Positions 38,633 through 50,878 of a DNA stretch of 64,000 bases are shown here, piece after piece. The stretch is taken from assembly GCA_963746845.1 (NCBI GenBank), contig CAVVCZ010000004.1, positions 224,001 through 288,000 on the forward strand, written 5' to 3'. The notes under the pieces are model-generated. The model did no database searches, was not told where the DNA came from, and saw only the letters and a program-made list of their open reading frames with translations. Each line of letters opens with the position of its first letter. Positions within the stretch are counted from its first letter, which is position 1. The DNA is from an uncultured Chloroflexia bacterium. GTDB taxonomy: Bacteria > Chloroflexota > Limnocylindria > Limnocylindrales > CSP1-4. Position numbers and translations under genes: made by a program.

Positions 38633-40399
38633 ATGACCTGGTCGGCCCGGAAGCGCGCGTGGGAGGCTCGCCGGCTGGCGCCGGCGATGGAGCGCGCGCC
38701 GGAGCGGAAGCCGCGGTTCTCCACGATCAGCGACACGACCGTGGATCGGCTGTACGGCCCGTGGTCGTGGAGTCCCGCGCCGGACGGCAGCCCGGCCGGT
38801 GGCGGCGGTCCGACCCGCCTCGATCAGCACGGGGGACACCTCCGTCCGGAGCCGGGACGCTGGGACGACCTGGACCCGCTCCGGGACATCGGCCTGCCCG
38901 GTGAGCCGCCGTTCACCCGGGGCATCCACCCGACGGGCTACCGGAGCCGGCTGTGGACCATGCGGATGTTCGCCGGGTTCGGCGCGGCCGAGGACACGAA
39001 CGGCCGCTTCCGGTCGCTGCTGGCCGCCGGCCAGACGGGCCTGTCCATCGCCTACGACATGCCGACCCTGTACGGCTACGACACCGACGACCCGGAGGCC
39101 GAGGGCGAGTTCGGGACGTGCGGCGTGGCAGTGAGCAGCCTGGCCGACATGGAGGTCCTGCTCGCCGGTCTGCCGCTCGACCGCGTCAGCACGTCGATGA
39201 CGATCAATGCGCCCGCGGCCCCGATCTGGGCGATGTACATCGTGGCAGCCGAGAAGGCGGGCGTGCCCCGCGGGGTGCTCGAGGGAACGACCCAGAACGA
39301 CATCCTCAAGGAGTTCGTGGCGCAGAAGGAGTTCCTCTTCCCGATCGAGCCGTCGATGCGGCTCGTGACGGATACGATCGAGTTCGGGACGCGCGAGCTG
39401 CCGCGCTGGAACACGGTCTCGATCAGCGGCTACCACATCCGGGAGGCCGGCTCCACCGCGATCCAGGAGCTGGCGTTCACGATCGCCGACGGGATGGCCT
39501 ACGTCGAGGCGTGCCTGGAACGCGGGCTGCGCATCGACGACTTCGCGCCGCGCCTCAGCTTCTTCTTCAACTCCCACAGCGACTTCTTCGAGGAGATCGC
39601 CAAGTTCCGGGCGTCGCGACGGATCTGGTTCAAGCTGATGACGGAGCGCTACCACGCGGAGAGCGAGCGCTCGACCTGGATGCGCTTCCACACCCAGACC
39701 GCGGGCGTGTCGCTGACGCCGCAGCAGCCGCTGAACAACCTGACCCGGGTCGCGACCCAGGCGCTCGCGGCGATCCTCGGCGGGACCCAGTCGCTCCACA
39801 CGGACGCGTACGACGAGGCCCTTGCCGTGCCGACCGCCGAGGCCGCCCTCCTGGCGCTCCGCCAGCAGCAGATCCTTGCGGAGGAGACCGGCGTCGCCAA
39901 CACGATCGATCCGCTCGGCGGGAGCTGGTTCGTCGAGGCGCTGACGAACGAGACCGAGCGCGAAGTCTGGCGCTATCTCGACGAGATCGACCGCCGCGGG
40001 GGCATGGTCGCCGCGGTCGCCGAAGGCTATCCCCAGCACGAGATCGCGGACGCGGCCTATCGCTTCCAGCGCGAGTTCGACGCGGGTGAGCGGCGGATCG
40101 TCGGGGTCAACGCGTACGTCGACGACGCGGAGGACACCCCCATCCCGGTCCTTGCCGTCCCGCCGGGCTCGCTCGAGGCGCACCTCGCCCGGCTCGACCG
40201 GACGCGCCGCGAACGCGACGCTGGCGCGGTGGAGAGCGCCCTTGCCGGGCTGCGGGACGCGGCCTCGCACCCCGGGTCCTCGGACACGAACCTGATGCCG
40301 CACTTCATCCGGTGTGCCGCCGCCTATGCGACGCTCGGCGAGCAATGCGGCGTCCTGCGCGGCGTCTTCGGGGAGTACCGCGAACCGGTGCTGGTCTAG
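38633..40399 (+). CDS. icmA: B12-dependent acyl-CoA mutase large subunit (isobutyryl-CoA mutase-type)
   Basis: [42 protein letters not shown]; no B12-binding domain. Confidence 0.85.
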   Translation: MTWSARKRAWEARRLAPAMERAPERKPRFSTISDTTVDRLYGPWSWSPAPDGSPAGGGGPTRLDQHGGHLRPEPGRWDDLDPLRDIGLPGEPPFTRGIHPTGYRSRLWTMRMFAGFGAAEDTNGRFRSLLAAGQTGLSIAYDMPTLYGYDTDDPEAEGEFGTCGVAVSSLADMEVLLAGLPLDRVSTSMTINAPAAPIWAMYIVAAEKAGVPRGVLEGTTQNDILKEFVAQKEFLFPIEPSMRLVTDTIEFGTRELPRWNTVSISGYHIREAGSTAIQELAFTIADGMAYVEACLERGLRIDDFAPRLSFFFNSHSDFFEEIAKFRASRRIWFKLMTERYHAESERSTWMRFHTQTAGVSLTPQQPLNNLTRVATQALAAILGGTQSLHTDAYDEALAVPTAEAALLALRQQQILAEETGVANTIDPLGGSWFVEALTNETEREVWRYLDEIDRRGGMVAAVAEGYPQHEIADAAYRFQREFDAGERRIVGVNAYVDDAEDTPIPVLAVPPGSLEAHLARLDRTRRERDAGAVESALAGLRDAASHPGSSDTNLMPHFIRCAAAYATLGEQCGVLRGVFGEYREPVLV

Positions 40400-40415
40400 C
40401 GGCTAGGATCGCGCC

Positions 40416-40901
40416 ATGTACTTCGAAGCCCTGTCATTCCTCGAGGACGAGCGCGACGCGTGGCGGCCGTACGAGGCCCTGGCGGCGCTGACCGACGAGC
40501 AGCTCGAGGCGCCGGTCGCGGCCGCCCACGGCTGGTCCGGGCGCGACCTCATGGGTCACCTGCTGCATGGGCAGCAGCTGTCGCTCGATGTCGCGCGGGA
40601 GCTGGCGGTGGGTGAGGGGTCGCCGTCGCGCGAGCGGGCGGACGCGGACTGGGAGACGCGGGGCGAAGACGTCGTCAACGCCGAGGCCCTTGCTGCCTGG
40701 GCCGCGAAGCCGATGGACGAGGTCCGCGCGGAATTCGCCCGCGTCGCCGGGGAGCTGCGCGGCTACCTGACGGTCGTGCCCGAGACGCGCTGGGTCAAGA
40801 ACGCGGACGAGCAGCAGTTCTTCTACTCGGAAACGATCGAGCACTACGACGATCACCAGGCGGACCTGGCGGCCGTCCTCGAGGCGGCCGGCGCCGGATG
40901 A
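40416..40901 (+). CDS. DinB/MDMPI-superfamily protein
   Basis: GWSGRDLMGHL...EHYDDH. Confidence 0.75.
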   Translation: MYFEALSFLEDERDAWRPYEALAALTDEQLEAPVAAAHGWSGRDLMGHLLHGQQLSLDVARELAVGEGSPSRERADADWETRGEDVVNAEALAAWAAKPMDEVRAEFARVAGELRGYLTVVPETRWVKNADEQQFFYSETIEHYDDHQADLAAVLEAAGAG

Positions 40902-41239
40902 CCGACGACGAGCCCGTCTCGGACCTCACCCTCCTCGATGTCCTGGTGGCGGCCGGCGAGGGCCTCGAGGGCATTCGGAGCATCGACGAGGGCACGGCCG
41001 TGAGCTGGTCGGCGTGCGACCAGACGTTCGCGGCCCTGGACGACCGAGGTGCCGAATTCCGCCTGGACCCGATGGTCGCCCGGGCGGCCCTGCGTACGCC
41101 GGACACGGCTCCGTCCGGACGCGGGCCGGACTGGGTCGCCTTCGCGCCGGCAGTGCTCGACGACGGCGCCGTCGATCGGGCCGAGGCCTGGTTCCTCAGC
41201 GCACACCGACGCGCAACGGCGGCCGGCAGCCGCGGGTAG
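40898..41239 (+). CDS. Hypothetical protein
   Basis: ATGA overlap; 113-aa ORF with plausible composition. Confidence 0.65.
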   Translation: MTDDEPVSDLTLLDVLVAAGEGLEGIRSIDEGTAVSWSACDQTFAALDDRGAEFRLDPMVARAALRTPDTAPSGRGPDWVAFAPAVLDDGAVDRAEAWFLSAHRRATAAGSRG

Positions 41240-41482
41240 GCCCGCGCCAGTTGCCCCGTGGGCTGGCCACCCAGCGGTCCGAACGACCGCAGCAGACGGC
41301 CGAGGCCCGCCGCGAAGGCCGGAGCAGTCGCACCTGGGCCGCCCAGTGGCCAGGATCGGCGGGTTGGCGCGTCGACGATGCCCGATCCCGGTCGGTTGGG
41401 CCACCAGGTGGACATCCGCTCGGGAATCGAACGACGCCGCCCGGATCGGACGGCGTCGCGCTGTGTGCGGGTTCGACGGGGA

Positions 41483-41842
41483 TCAGGCCTCGGTCTGTGC
41501 CGGGGCCTCGGACTCCACCGCGTACTGCTCGAGACCGAACTGCGCCTCGAGGAACTCCATCGGACGCGCGCCGGCCACGCCGAGCGGCTGCTGTCCGGGG
41601 CGGAAGAAGGCGATCGTGGGGATGCTCATGATGTTGAACGCCTGTGAGATCCGCGGGTTGGCGTCCACGTCGACCTTGACGACGTCGACGGCGCCCTCGT
41701 ACTTCTCGGCGATCTTCTCCATCTCCGGCGCGACCATCTTGCACGGCCCGCACCAGGTGGCCCAGAAGTCGACGACGACCGGCTTGTCGTTCTTGAGCAC
41801 GAGCTGGTCGAACGTCTCGTCCGTTGCGTGCTGGATGGCCAT
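41483..41842 (-). CDS. trxA: Thioredoxin
   Basis: DFWATWCGPCK, IMSIPT; AGAAAGGA RBS. Confidence 0.95.
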   Translation of the reverse strand: MAIQHATDETFDQLVLKNDKPVVVDFWATWCGPCKMVAPEMEKIAEKYEGAVDVVKVDVDANPRISQAFNIMSIPTIAFFRPGQQPLGVAGARPMEFLEAQFGLEQYAVESEAPAQTEA

Positions 41843-41901
41843 GGAATGCGATTCCTTTCTGCCCGCGGATGCGCGCGGGTGCGCCTGTGATGGGCGGGGC
41901 G

Positions 41902-42222
41902 TCAGGCGCCCTGGCCGGCCAGGCTCTGGATGAGCCGGTAGGCCTCGAGGACGCGGACGTCGGCGAGGCGATAGAACACCGTCGACCCGTCACGCCGGCT
42001 CTGGACGAGACCCGCGCTGCGGAGGACGGCGAGGTGCTGGCTCATGTTGGGCACCTGGCAGCCGACCTTCGTCGACAGGTCACCGACCGACAGCTCCCCG
42101 GCGGCGAGCGACTCGAGGACGCACAGCCGCTTGGGGTCTGCGAGCGCACGGCCGACGGCGGCATAGCGCTGCCGGTCGAACTCGCTCGAGGTCGGGACGG
42201 TGGTGTCCAACATCGCCATCAT
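41902..42222 (-). CDS. ArsR/SmtB family transcriptional regulator
   Basis: RALADPKRL, NMSQHLAVLRSAGLVQSRRDG. Confidence 0.92.
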   Translation of the reverse strand: MMAMLDTTVPTSSEFDRQRYAAVGRALADPKRLCVLESLAAGELSVGDLSTKVGCQVPNMSQHLAVLRSAGLVQSRRDGSTVFYRLADVRVLEAYRLIQSLAGQGA

Positions 42223-42233
42223 GATGTCACTGA

Positions 42234-42249
42234 TTGCGCAAACACGCAA
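42234..42249. promoter_or_regulatory. ArsR operator candidate
   Basis: Inverted repeat TTGCG-CAAACA-CGCAA immediately upstream of the arsR-like start. Confidence 0.45.
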
Positions 42250-42300
42250 GTTCAACCGGACCTCGGAGGTGTGCGCAGGCGTCGCTGCCATACTCCGCGC

Positions 42301-43335
42301 GTGACCGATGACCTGATCGTTCCCCTCGACGCCATCCGCGCCGCCCGGGAGCGCGTCGCCGGGCGCGTCCACCGGACGCCTCTCCTGTCCAGCTCGACCG
42401 CCGCCCGGATGATCGCCGCTGCCGGTGGGCCGCGACTCGCCGACGACCGGGTGTTCGTCAAGGCCGAGAACGTCCAGAAGACCGGATCGTTCAAGGCCCG
42501 CGGCATGATGAACCGGATCCTGACCCTCACCGCGGATCAGCGTGCCGCCGGAGGGATCACGATGTCGGCCGGCAACGCCGGCCAGGCCTTCGCGTGGGCC
42601 GCGCACGAGGCCGGCGTCCCGATGACGACCGTGATGGCGACGACGGCGAACCCGCTCAAGGTCCAGGCGTGCCGGGACTACGGCGCGGAGGTGGTGCTCG
42701 AGGGCGATCACGTCGGCGACGCGTTCCTGGCGCTCGAGCGGATCCGCGACGAGCGGGGGCTCGCGTTCCTCCACCCGTTCAACGACGAGGCGGTCATCGC
42801 GGGACACGGCACGGTCGGGCTCGAGCTGCTCGACGACCTGCCGGACGTGGACGTGGTCGTCGTCGGGATCGGTGGCGGCGGGTTGATCTCCGGTGTTGCC
42901 GCGGCCGTCCGCGAGACCCGCCCGGCGACCCGCGTCTACGGCGTGGAGCCGTCGGGCGCCGACGCCATGACGCAGGCCTACCGCGCGGGAGAGGTCGTGC
43001 AGATCGAGCCCCACACGGTCGCCGACGGGCTCGCGGCGCCGTTCGCCGGCGATCGAACGCTCGCGATGTGCCATCGGTATCTCGAGGACATCGTCATCCT
43101 CGACGACGCGGACATCCTGACCGGCGTCCGGTTCGCGATGGAGCGGATGAAGCAGGTGCTGGAGCCCGCCGGCGCCGCGGCGTTGTCGGCCGTCCTCCAT
43201 GGGCGGATCCCGATCCGCGACGGCGAGCGGGTCGCGGTCGTCGGGTCCGGGGGCAACGTCGACGTCGGCCGGCTGGGCGAGCTGCTCGCCGCGGCCTCGC
43301 CGCTGCCGGTCGCCTGGCCCGCCCGCGTGGGATGA
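42301..43335 (+). CDS. PLP-dependent threonine/serine dehydratase or racemase
   Basis: KAENVQKTGSFKARG, SAGNAG, GIGGGGL, SGGNVD. Confidence 0.92.
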   Translation: MTDDLIVPLDAIRAARERVAGRVHRTPLLSSSTAARMIAAAGGPRLADDRVFVKAENVQKTGSFKARGMMNRILTLTADQRAAGGITMSAGNAGQAFAWAAHEAGVPMTTVMATTANPLKVQACRDYGAEVVLEGDHVGDAFLALERIRDERGLAFLHPFNDEAVIAGHGTVGLELLDDLPDVDVVVVGIGGGGLISGVAAAVRETRPATRVYGVEPSGADAMTQAYRAGEVVQIEPHTVADGLAAPFAGDRTLAMCHRYLEDIVILDDADILTGVRFAMERMKQVLEPAGAAALSAVLHGRIPIRDGERVAVVGSGGNVDVGRLGELLAAASPLPVAWPARVG

Positions 43336-43369
43336 CGGAGGCGAACAAGCCGCCACCCCTCTGGTTCCG

Positions 43370-44458
43370 GTGTGGGAGCCACCCGCCGCGCCCGAGCCGG
43401 CCGCGTTCGTGCCCCTGGCGCCGCCCCCACCGACGTCGCCTCCCGGCATGGTCGAGATCATCGGCCGGGGGATCGACCTCAACGTGTCGCTTTCCGGTGA
43501 GATCCGCCGGATGTCGCTGTTCGTCGGCGGGCTGTTCCTGGCCGCGCTCGGTCCGATCGCGGCGATCGTCATCGTCCAATCGATCCAGCTCGGCGGGTTT
43601 GCGTGGCTGATCGACGCGCTCGTCGGGCCGGCCGGGCTCGGAGATGCCGCCCTCGGTGTGACCGGGCGGGCGGCCCTCGGGCCGTGGGCCGCGATCGCGT
43701 TCTTCGTCGGCCTCACGTGCATCGTCGCGATCTCGGTCGACATCCAGCTGATGACCACCGCGCTCCTCGGCGGCCGGGTCGGTGGCCACACGCTCGACCT
43801 CCGCCATGCCGTCGGCTGGGCGCGCCAGGGGTTCTGGCGGTTGATCTTCGCCTCGTTCACGGTCGGGCTGATCCTGATCATCCCGCGCGAGATCCTCGGA
43901 AGTCTGCTGATCCGTGGGGCACCGGAGGCGCGGCTCGCCCTCGCGACCGCGCTGGACGTCCTCCTGTCGGCGCCGTTCGCCTACGTTGGGGCGGCCGTCA
44001 TCCTGGCGCGGGCGTCCCCGTTCGGGGCGGTCGGGCAGTCGTGGGCGATGGCCCGGCGTCGATGGCGCCTCGCGTTCGTGATCGGGATCGTGAACACGGC
44101 GGTCTCGTACCTGACCACCTTCGCGATCGGGGTCGGGCTCGACATCCTCGTCCGGATCGCGACCGCGCTCGGGATCGATCGGGGGCTGGGCCCGGCCCAG
44201 TCCGTCGAGCTCGTCGCCATCGTCGCCTTCGCGATCGTCGCGGTCGGCTCGCTCACCGTGACGGTCGCCGCGCTGTCGGTTGCCCCGCAGGTGATCGCCT
44301 GGATCCGGCTCGGCGGGCCGTCGTTCGGCGTCGTGGATCCCACGTCGGACGACCCGTCCCTGCGTCCGGCCGCGACTCGGCTGGTCTCCCTCCCGATGCA
44401 GGGCGCCTTCATGGCCGCGGCGATCGCGGCCGTCGTCTGGATCGTCGGTCGCGTCTGA
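43370..44458 (+). CDS. Multi-pass membrane hypothetical protein
   Basis: About 7 hydrophobic segments; start uncertain (GTG 43370 or ATG 43448). Confidence 0.7.
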   Translation: MWEPPAAPEPAAFVPLAPPPPTSPPGMVEIIGRGIDLNVSLSGEIRRMSLFVGGLFLAALGPIAAIVIVQSIQLGGFAWLIDALVGPAGLGDAALGVTGRAALGPWAAIAFFVGLTCIVAISVDIQLMTTALLGGRVGGHTLDLRHAVGWARQGFWRLIFASFTVGLILIIPREILGSLLIRGAPEARLALATALDVLLSAPFAYVGAAVILARASPFGAVGQSWAMARRRWRLAFVIGIVNTAVSYLTTFAIGVGLDILVRIATALGIDRGLGPAQSVELVAIVAFAIVAVGSLTVTVAALSVAPQVIAWIRLGGPSFGVVDPTSDDPSLRPAATRLVSLPMQGAFMAAAIAAVVWIVGRV

Positions 44459-44469
44459 CTCAGGCGCCC

Positions 44470-44880
44470 TCAGACGCCGAGCTCGTCGAGCCGGTCGTCG
44501 TCGATGCCGAGGTGGTGGGCGAGCTCGTGGATCACCGTGATCCGGACCTCCTCGGCGAGGTCCTCCGGGTCGGGGAAGTCCTCCTCGAGCGCGAGCCGGA
44601 AGAGCGTGATCCGGTTGGGCGCGGTCACCCAGTCGGCGCCCCACTCGGTCCGCGGCACGCCCTCGTACAGCCCGTACAGGTCGTCGTCCGGTCCCAGGTC
44701 GTTCTCGCGCCGCTGGGCCGGGCTCGGCTCGTCGTCGATGACGATCGCGACCTCGTCGAGGGCGTCGCGGAATGGCGCCGGGATGTCCGCGACGGCCCGT
44801 TCCACCAGCCGTTCGAAGCCGACATGGTGGCCGTGGACGGGACGGCGGGCTCGCTGGCTCCCGCGGCGGGGCTTCGGCAT
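44470..44880 (-). CDS. Zincin-like metallopeptidase
   Basis: LYGLYEGVP, ITVIHELAHHLG. Confidence 0.9.
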   Translation of the reverse strand: MPKPRRGSQRARRPVHGHHVGFERLVERAVADIPAPFRDALDEVAIVIDDEPSPAQRRENDLGPDDDLYGLYEGVPRTEWGADWVTAPNRITLFRLALEEDFPDPEDLAEEVRITVIHELAHHLGIDDDRLDELGV

Positions 44881-44899
44881 GGCGGCCTATCGTAGACGC

Positions 44900-45763
44900 G
44901 TGCCGTCCCTCTCCGAGCCCGCCGGTGAGCCGGACGGGTTCGTCGTCTTCGTCGAGCCGGGAGACCGGATCCACTTCCTCGACTGGGGTGGGGAAGGTGC
45001 GCCGGCGGTCCTCCTCGTCCATGGGCTCGCGGGGAGTGGACTCGCCTGGGCGGCCGTGGCCCGGCGGCTGGTCGCGCGCCGGCACGTGGTCGCGATGGAC
45101 CTGCGCGGCCACGGCCTCTCTGACGCACCGACGGAGCCCGGCGCGTACGACCTCGACGTCCTCGCGGCCGACGTCGTCGCGGTCGCGGAGGGCTCGGACG
45201 CGCTCGACGAGGGGCCCGTCGTGCTGGCCGGTCACGGGTTCGGCGCGATCGTCGCGGCGGCCGCCGCCGCGCGTCTCGGTGAACGTTGCGCGAGGCTCGT
45301 GCTCGTCGACGGCGGTCTCGTCGAGGTCGAGGCGGCGACCGGGCAGGACGCGGACGAGTTCCTCCGCGGGCTCGACGAACCGCCCGAGGTCCTCCGGTCG
45401 ATGACCGCGTTTCTCGCCGACCGCCGCTCCTGGGACCCGGCGTCGTGGGACGCGGACCAGGAGCGAGCGGCGCGGGCGGCGGTCGTGGAGACGCCGGCCG
45501 GCCGGCTCGTGCCGTCCACGCGGCCGCATGCCCTCGAGGCCTGTGTCCGGGCGATGTTCGAGTACCGTCCGTCGACGGTGCTTCCGCTCGTCTCCGCTCC
45601 GATCGTCGCGGTCCGCCGCACGACCGCGGGCGAGGACGACACCGCGACCGGGATCGGCGATCGGGTGCCGCCGGAGGTCGTGGTCGTCGACGTCGCGGCG
45701 CCCGGCCACAACCTGCTCCGCTACCGCCCCGACGAAGTGACGGCGGCGATCCTCGGCCGCTAG
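44900..45763 (+). CDS. Alpha/beta-hydrolase-fold protein
   Basis: LLVHGLAG, DLRGHGLSD, GHGFGA elbow, PGHNL. Confidence 0.85.
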   Translation: MPSLSEPAGEPDGFVVFVEPGDRIHFLDWGGEGAPAVLLVHGLAGSGLAWAAVARRLVARRHVVAMDLRGHGLSDAPTEPGAYDLDVLAADVVAVAEGSDALDEGPVVLAGHGFGAIVAAAAAARLGERCARLVLVDGGLVEVEAATGQDADEFLRGLDEPPEVLRSMTAFLADRRSWDPASWDADQERAARAAVVETPAGRLVPSTRPHALEACVRAMFEYRPSTVLPLVSAPIVAVRRTTAGEDDTATGIGDRVPPEVVVVDVAAPGHNLLRYRPDEVTAAILGR

Positions 45764-45807
45764 GCTTCGGGCGGGCCGTCCGGCCCGGTGGAGGAGGGTC
45801 GGCCCGC

Positions 45808-46921
<1,114 letters not shown>

Positions 46922-47007
46922 TCGCGGCTTGACCGCGGCCGCACCTGGCCTCGAGTCGCCGGACCATCGGAGAACCGCGATCGGCCGCTCCGCGTACCAT
47001 CGCCCGG

Positions 47008-47721
47008 ATGCCCAAGCCCACCGAGCTCCCGCCCCACGTCCGCCGCCTCGTCGACGAGATCGAATCCGAGATCGGCGAGACGGAAGTTGCGGTCGACGAG
47101 ATCAGCGGCGACGCCGGTCGTCCGTCCGGGAACGGCAGCGACGGCGTGCACGACAACGGCCGAGTCGAGGAGGCTGTCCGCCAGATCCTCGCGGAGATCG
47201 GCGAGGACCCGACCCGCCAGGGGCTGCTCGGGACGCCCGAGCGGGTCCACCGGATGTACATCGAGCTGACGGCCGGCTACCACGTCGATCCGGATCGCCT
47301 GATCAACAACGCGGTCTTCGACGTGGCCTACAGCGAGATGGTCGTCGTCAAGGACATCCCGTTCTACTCGCTCTGCGAGCACCACCTGCTGCCGTTCTTC
47401 GGGACGGCGTCCGTCGCGTACATCCCGCGCGGCCGGGTGATCGGGCTGTCGAAGATCCCGCGGATCGTCGAGATGTACGCCCGCCGGCTGCAGGTCCAGG
47501 AGCGCCTCACCCAACAGATCGCCGACTTCCTCCAGGAGCGACTGAGCCCGCAGGGCGTCGGGGTCGTCTTGGAGGCGACCCACCTCTGCGCGGTGATGCG
47601 GGGCGTGCGCAAGCCGGGCACGGTCATGACCACGTCCGCGGTCCTCGGGCTGTTCCGGACCCGCGACCGCACCCGTGCCGAGTTCTTCGCGCACCTCGAC
47701 CGGCCTGCGCCGGGGGCCTAG
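47008..47721 (+). CDS. folE: GTP cyclohydrolase I
   Basis: [36 protein letters not shown]. Confidence 0.96.
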   Translation: MPKPTELPPHVRRLVDEIESEIGETEVAVDEISGDAGRPSGNGSDGVHDNGRVEEAVRQILAEIGEDPTRQGLLGTPERVHRMYIELTAGYHVDPDRLINNAVFDVAYSEMVVVKDIPFYSLCEHHLLPFFGTASVAYIPRGRVIGLSKIPRIVEMYARRLQVQERLTQQIADFLQERLSPQGVGVVLEATHLCAVMRGVRKPGTVMTTSAVLGLFRTRDRTRAEFFAHLDRPAPGA

Positions 47722-49082
47722 GGCGGCCTGGAACCCGGCTGCCAGAAGAATGTTCGACCGGGATCGCCTGGAGCGCCATACGTCGAGACCCTGCTCGGCA
47801 GCGAGTCGGCCAGATCCGCGAGCAACCGAGGCTCGGCTGGGGTGGCACCGAGCGTCGCGAGCCAGAATCGGCCCGGGTTCGTCGGGTCCCCGACGCGAAG
47901 ATGGGTGTCGTCAATCCATTCGGCGCAGCACAGCTGGCGATCGGCTGTGTTCGATCCCGTCGTGACGCGCTCGACATGTCCCGAGGCGATGTCGGCAACG
48001 TAGACGGCCGAATCCGACACCGTCACCGACGGCCACCTCAATGAGGTGAACGAGACACGGGTGCCGTCGGGCGACCAGCGAGGCTCCATCACCGAGACAT
48101 CGGCGTCCAACTCGACCTTCGAGGGATTCGTGCCGTCGGCGTTGACGATCCACAGCTCGCGGATGTCGAGGCCCTGATCCAGACGGGTATAGGCGATCTT
48201 CGTGCCATCGGGCGACCACGCCGGCAGCTCCAGCGCCAGGTTCTGATGAGCGGTTTGGTCCTTGACGAGCGTCTCGCGCAGTTCCGTCCGCTTTCCGCTG
48301 CGCAGGTCCAGGGTGCTCAGGACCCAGCAGTTGGCTCCAGCCGTATCGGCCACATAGGCCGCCAGGACCACGCCGGACGATCCAGAACCGGTGGCGGACG
48401 ATCCCTTCGGGCACTTCGACCTCTGGACGAAGACCACTCGCTCATTGTCCCGAGCGAAGTCGAACGCCTCCCACTGCGCGCCGTCGGCCACGGCGATCCC
48501 GGTTTCGGCGAAGGGACCGACGTCGTCGCCGACCTCGGCCACGAGAAGGTGGCCGTTGTTCATCAGCAGACGGGTCCCGTCGGGGGACCAGGCGACGGGG
48601 CCGGCGCCGCCTTCGATCGCATGGGCGCCACTCCCGTCCGGCCGGATCGCCCACAGCTGGTTGTGCGATCGGGTGCCCGATCCTTCGTGGACATCGAAAA
48701 GAATCCACCCAGCGTCTCGGCCGGAGGCGATCACCGAAGGCTCCGGCGTATTCGAGGCGACAGGCGTCGACGGAGCCGGCGACGGCGCCAACGACGCCGA
48801 TTCGCTGGGGGCCGGCACGATCGCGGGCAGCCTCACCAGGCCGGACCCGACGGCCGCGGCGCCCGCGACCAGCGCCACGAGGCATGCGGCCGCGGCCAGG
48901 TAGACGAGAACCGACCGGGCGCCCGAGCGACGTGGTCGCACTGACACGGGAGTGACGACTCCGCTCACGCGGGCGACGGGTTCCATGGCCGTGGCCCGCT
49001 GCTCGATCTGGGCCCACAGATCCGGTGCCGGCAACCGGTCCAGACTTGCGAAGCGCCGTCGAAGTTCATCCATCGCGATCAC
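47718..49082 (-). CDS. TolB/PD40 beta-propeller membrane protein (putative anti-sigma factor)
   Basis: Short cytoplasmic N-terminus, TM helix, repeated WSPDGT motifs; overlaps the ECF gene. Confidence 0.8.
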   Translation of the reverse strand: MIAMDELRRRFASLDRLPAPDLWAQIEQRATAMEPVARVSGVVTPVSVRPRRSGARSVLVYLAAAACLVALVAGAAAVGSGLVRLPAIVPAPSESASLAPSPAPSTPVASNTPEPSVIASGRDAGWILFDVHEGSGTRSHNQLWAIRPDGSGAHAIEGGAGPVAWSPDGTRLLMNNGHLLVAEVGDDVGPFAETGIAVADGAQWEAFDFARDNERVVFVQRSKCPKGSSATGSGSSGVVLAAYVADTAGANCWVLSTLDLRSGKRTELRETLVKDQTAHQNLALELPAWSPDGTKIAYTRLDQGLDIRELWIVNADGTNPSKVELDADVSVMEPRWSPDGTRVSFTSLRWPSVTVSDSAVYVADIASGHVERVTTGSNTADRQLCCAEWIDDTHLRVGDPTNPGRFWLATLGATPAEPRLLADLADSLPSRVSTYGAPGDPGRTFFWQPGSRPP

Positions 49083-49551
49083 CCAGGAGCTCTCGGAGGC
49101 GACGCCGCCCGCGGCTGAGGTTGGCTCGCACCGCCAGGCTGTTGGTGCCCAGCCGCGCGGCGATCTGGCGGATCGGAAGATCCGCGAAGTAGAAGAGGAT
49201 CACCGCCGCCCGCTGGCCATCGGGCAGCCGGCGGACCGCGGTCAACAGGTCCTCGTCGACGTAGGCATCCGTGTGCTCGGCCACGCCCACCGATGCGTCG
49301 TCGTCGAGCCGGCGCGTCTTCAGGGCTCCACGGCTGATCTGGAATGCGGTGCGCCACACCCAGGCCGCCGGGTTGCCAACGGCTGCGCCGCGGCGCAGGA
49401 GCTGCGCGTAGGCCTCGGCGACGGCGTCGCTCGCGATCTCCGCGTCACCGGCGAAGGCGTAGACGGCACGCCAGAGCCGATCGGCATCGGTCCGGTAGAG
49501 GGCCTCGATGTCGCTCTGCGCGTCGACCACTGCGAGTGCGCTATCCATCAC
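49066..49551 (-). CDS. ECF sigma-70 factor
   Basis: IASDAVAEAY, LPDGQRAAVILFYFADLPIRQIAARLG. Confidence 0.88.
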   Translation of the reverse strand: MMDSALAVVDAQSDIEALYRTDADRLWRAVYAFAGDAEIASDAVAEAYAQLLRRGAAVGNPAAWVWRTAFQISRGALKTRRLDDDASVGVAEHTDAYVDEDLLTAVRRLPDGQRAAVILFYFADLPIRQIAARLGTNSLAVRANLSRGRRRLRELLGDRDG

Positions 49552-49671
49552 ATCGAAAGGGCGCGGTTGCGGTCAAAAGGTGACATGGCGGGCGCCACGC
49601 CGCGTCTGGCAGGGCAGCCGACCGATCCAATCTGGTCGACTCGCTCGTGATCGAAGCGGGCGGATGCGCTC

Positions 49672-50760
49672 TCAGCCCGGGCGGGACACGATGTCGATCG
49701 AGTGCACGCCGCCGACGACCGACAGGTGGATCCGATCGCGGTCCGGCCCCCAGCCCGTTGACTTGAGCGACGTCGGGCCGCCGCGCTTCTCGATCCGCGT
49801 CCCGTCGAGCACGATCGACTCGGCGCCGCCGGCGACCTCGAGCCGCATCGGGACGCCTTTCGGCCGCTCAACCCGCAGCGTCTTCACGCCGCCGACGATC
49901 CTGATCGCCGTCTCGCCCACCGGCTGCCCGAGCTCGAGCTGGACCCGCTCGGACCCCCCGACGATGTCGAGCGTCCGCAACTGGATCGACCGCAGGTCCG
50001 CCTCGACCTTCTGGACCCCACCGACGACCTCGATCGTCCACGGGATCGTCGTGTTCAGCCCGAACGTCGCGGTGCGACCGCGCCAGTCGAAGCCGAAGCC
50101 CTTGAACTGGACCAGGACCCGGCCGTCGCGGAGCCGGACCTGCGGCGTGGAGCCTTCGAACGAGGCCCGGTAGAGGTCGGCCGGATCGTCGCCCGGCCGG
50201 AGACGGAGCGACGAGAGGCCCGAGCGGATCGCAAGCCGCGCCTCGGTCAGCCCGCCGAGGGGCGCGAAGTGCTCCGACATCGCCCGGCTCCCGTCGGCCG
50301 GCGACCCGGATGCCTCGCGGATGGCCTCGGTCTCCTCGCGCGTGACCGCCTCCATGCGGGTGAGGAAGTCGGCGATCAGCTCGAGCTGCTCGTCGCTGTA
50401 GTCGCGGATCTCCTTGGCACTCGCGGTCGAGACCTGGTCCAGCGTGACCTGGATGTTCGCGATCTTCTCGGGCACGACCTCGACGATCACCCGCCGCCGA
50501 TCGGTGGGGTCGGGGACCCGCCGGACATAGCCGGCCTGTTCGAGCCGGTCGATCACGCGGGTGACGGCGCCCGTCGTGAGCCCGGTGATCTCCGACAGCT
50601 TGCCGGCGCTCGTCGCGCCCATGTCGATCAGCTGCTCGAGGGTCTCGATGTCGCTCTCGGAGAGGCCGAAGCGGATCGCCACGGTCTGTCCGAGGAACGA
50701 GCCCTGGATGTTCACGCGCCGGAGCGAGCGGAGGACGGAATCGATGTTCTCGCGGTTCAT
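49672..50760 (-). CDS. MarR regulator fused to a C-terminal beta-rich domain
   Basis: GLTTGAVTRVIDRLEQAGYVRRVPDPTDRRRV followed by about 190 aa of repeated beta motifs. Confidence 0.88.
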   Translation of the reverse strand: MNRENIDSVLRSLRRVNIQGSFLGQTVAIRFGLSESDIETLEQLIDMGATSAGKLSEITGLTTGAVTRVIDRLEQAGYVRRVPDPTDRRRVIVEVVPEKIANIQVTLDQVSTASAKEIRDYSDEQLELIADFLTRMEAVTREETEAIREASGSPADGSRAMSEHFAPLGGLTEARLAIRSGLSSLRLRPGDDPADLYRASFEGSTPQVRLRDGRVLVQFKGFGFDWRGRTATFGLNTTIPWTIEVVGGVQKVEADLRSIQLRTLDIVGGSERVQLELGQPVGETAIRIVGGVKTLRVERPKGVPMRLEVAGGAESIVLDGTRIEKRGGPTSLKSTGWGPDRDRIHLSVVGGVHSIDIVSRPG

Positions 50761-50788
50761 GGTTGACAACGGCTCCTGACTGGGCAAC

Positions 50789-50807
50789 TATCTGCACTGC
50801 GCAGATA
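50789..50807. promoter_or_regulatory. MarR operator candidate
   Basis: Palindrome TATCTGC-ACTGC-GCAGATA between the divergent marR-like and ABC genes. Confidence 0.6.
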
Positions 50808-50878
50808 ATGACCCATGATGTTGAACCGTGCAAGTAGTGCCGCGGCCAGCATCGGGCACCAAGGCAAGGAGCGTCAAC

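Noticed and set aside
41240-41480. Foldable intergenic segment (CTGGCCAC...GTGGCCAG with inner hairpins) or a small ORF
   Set aside because: It is a single copy in very GC-rich DNA with no covariation or promoter evidence.
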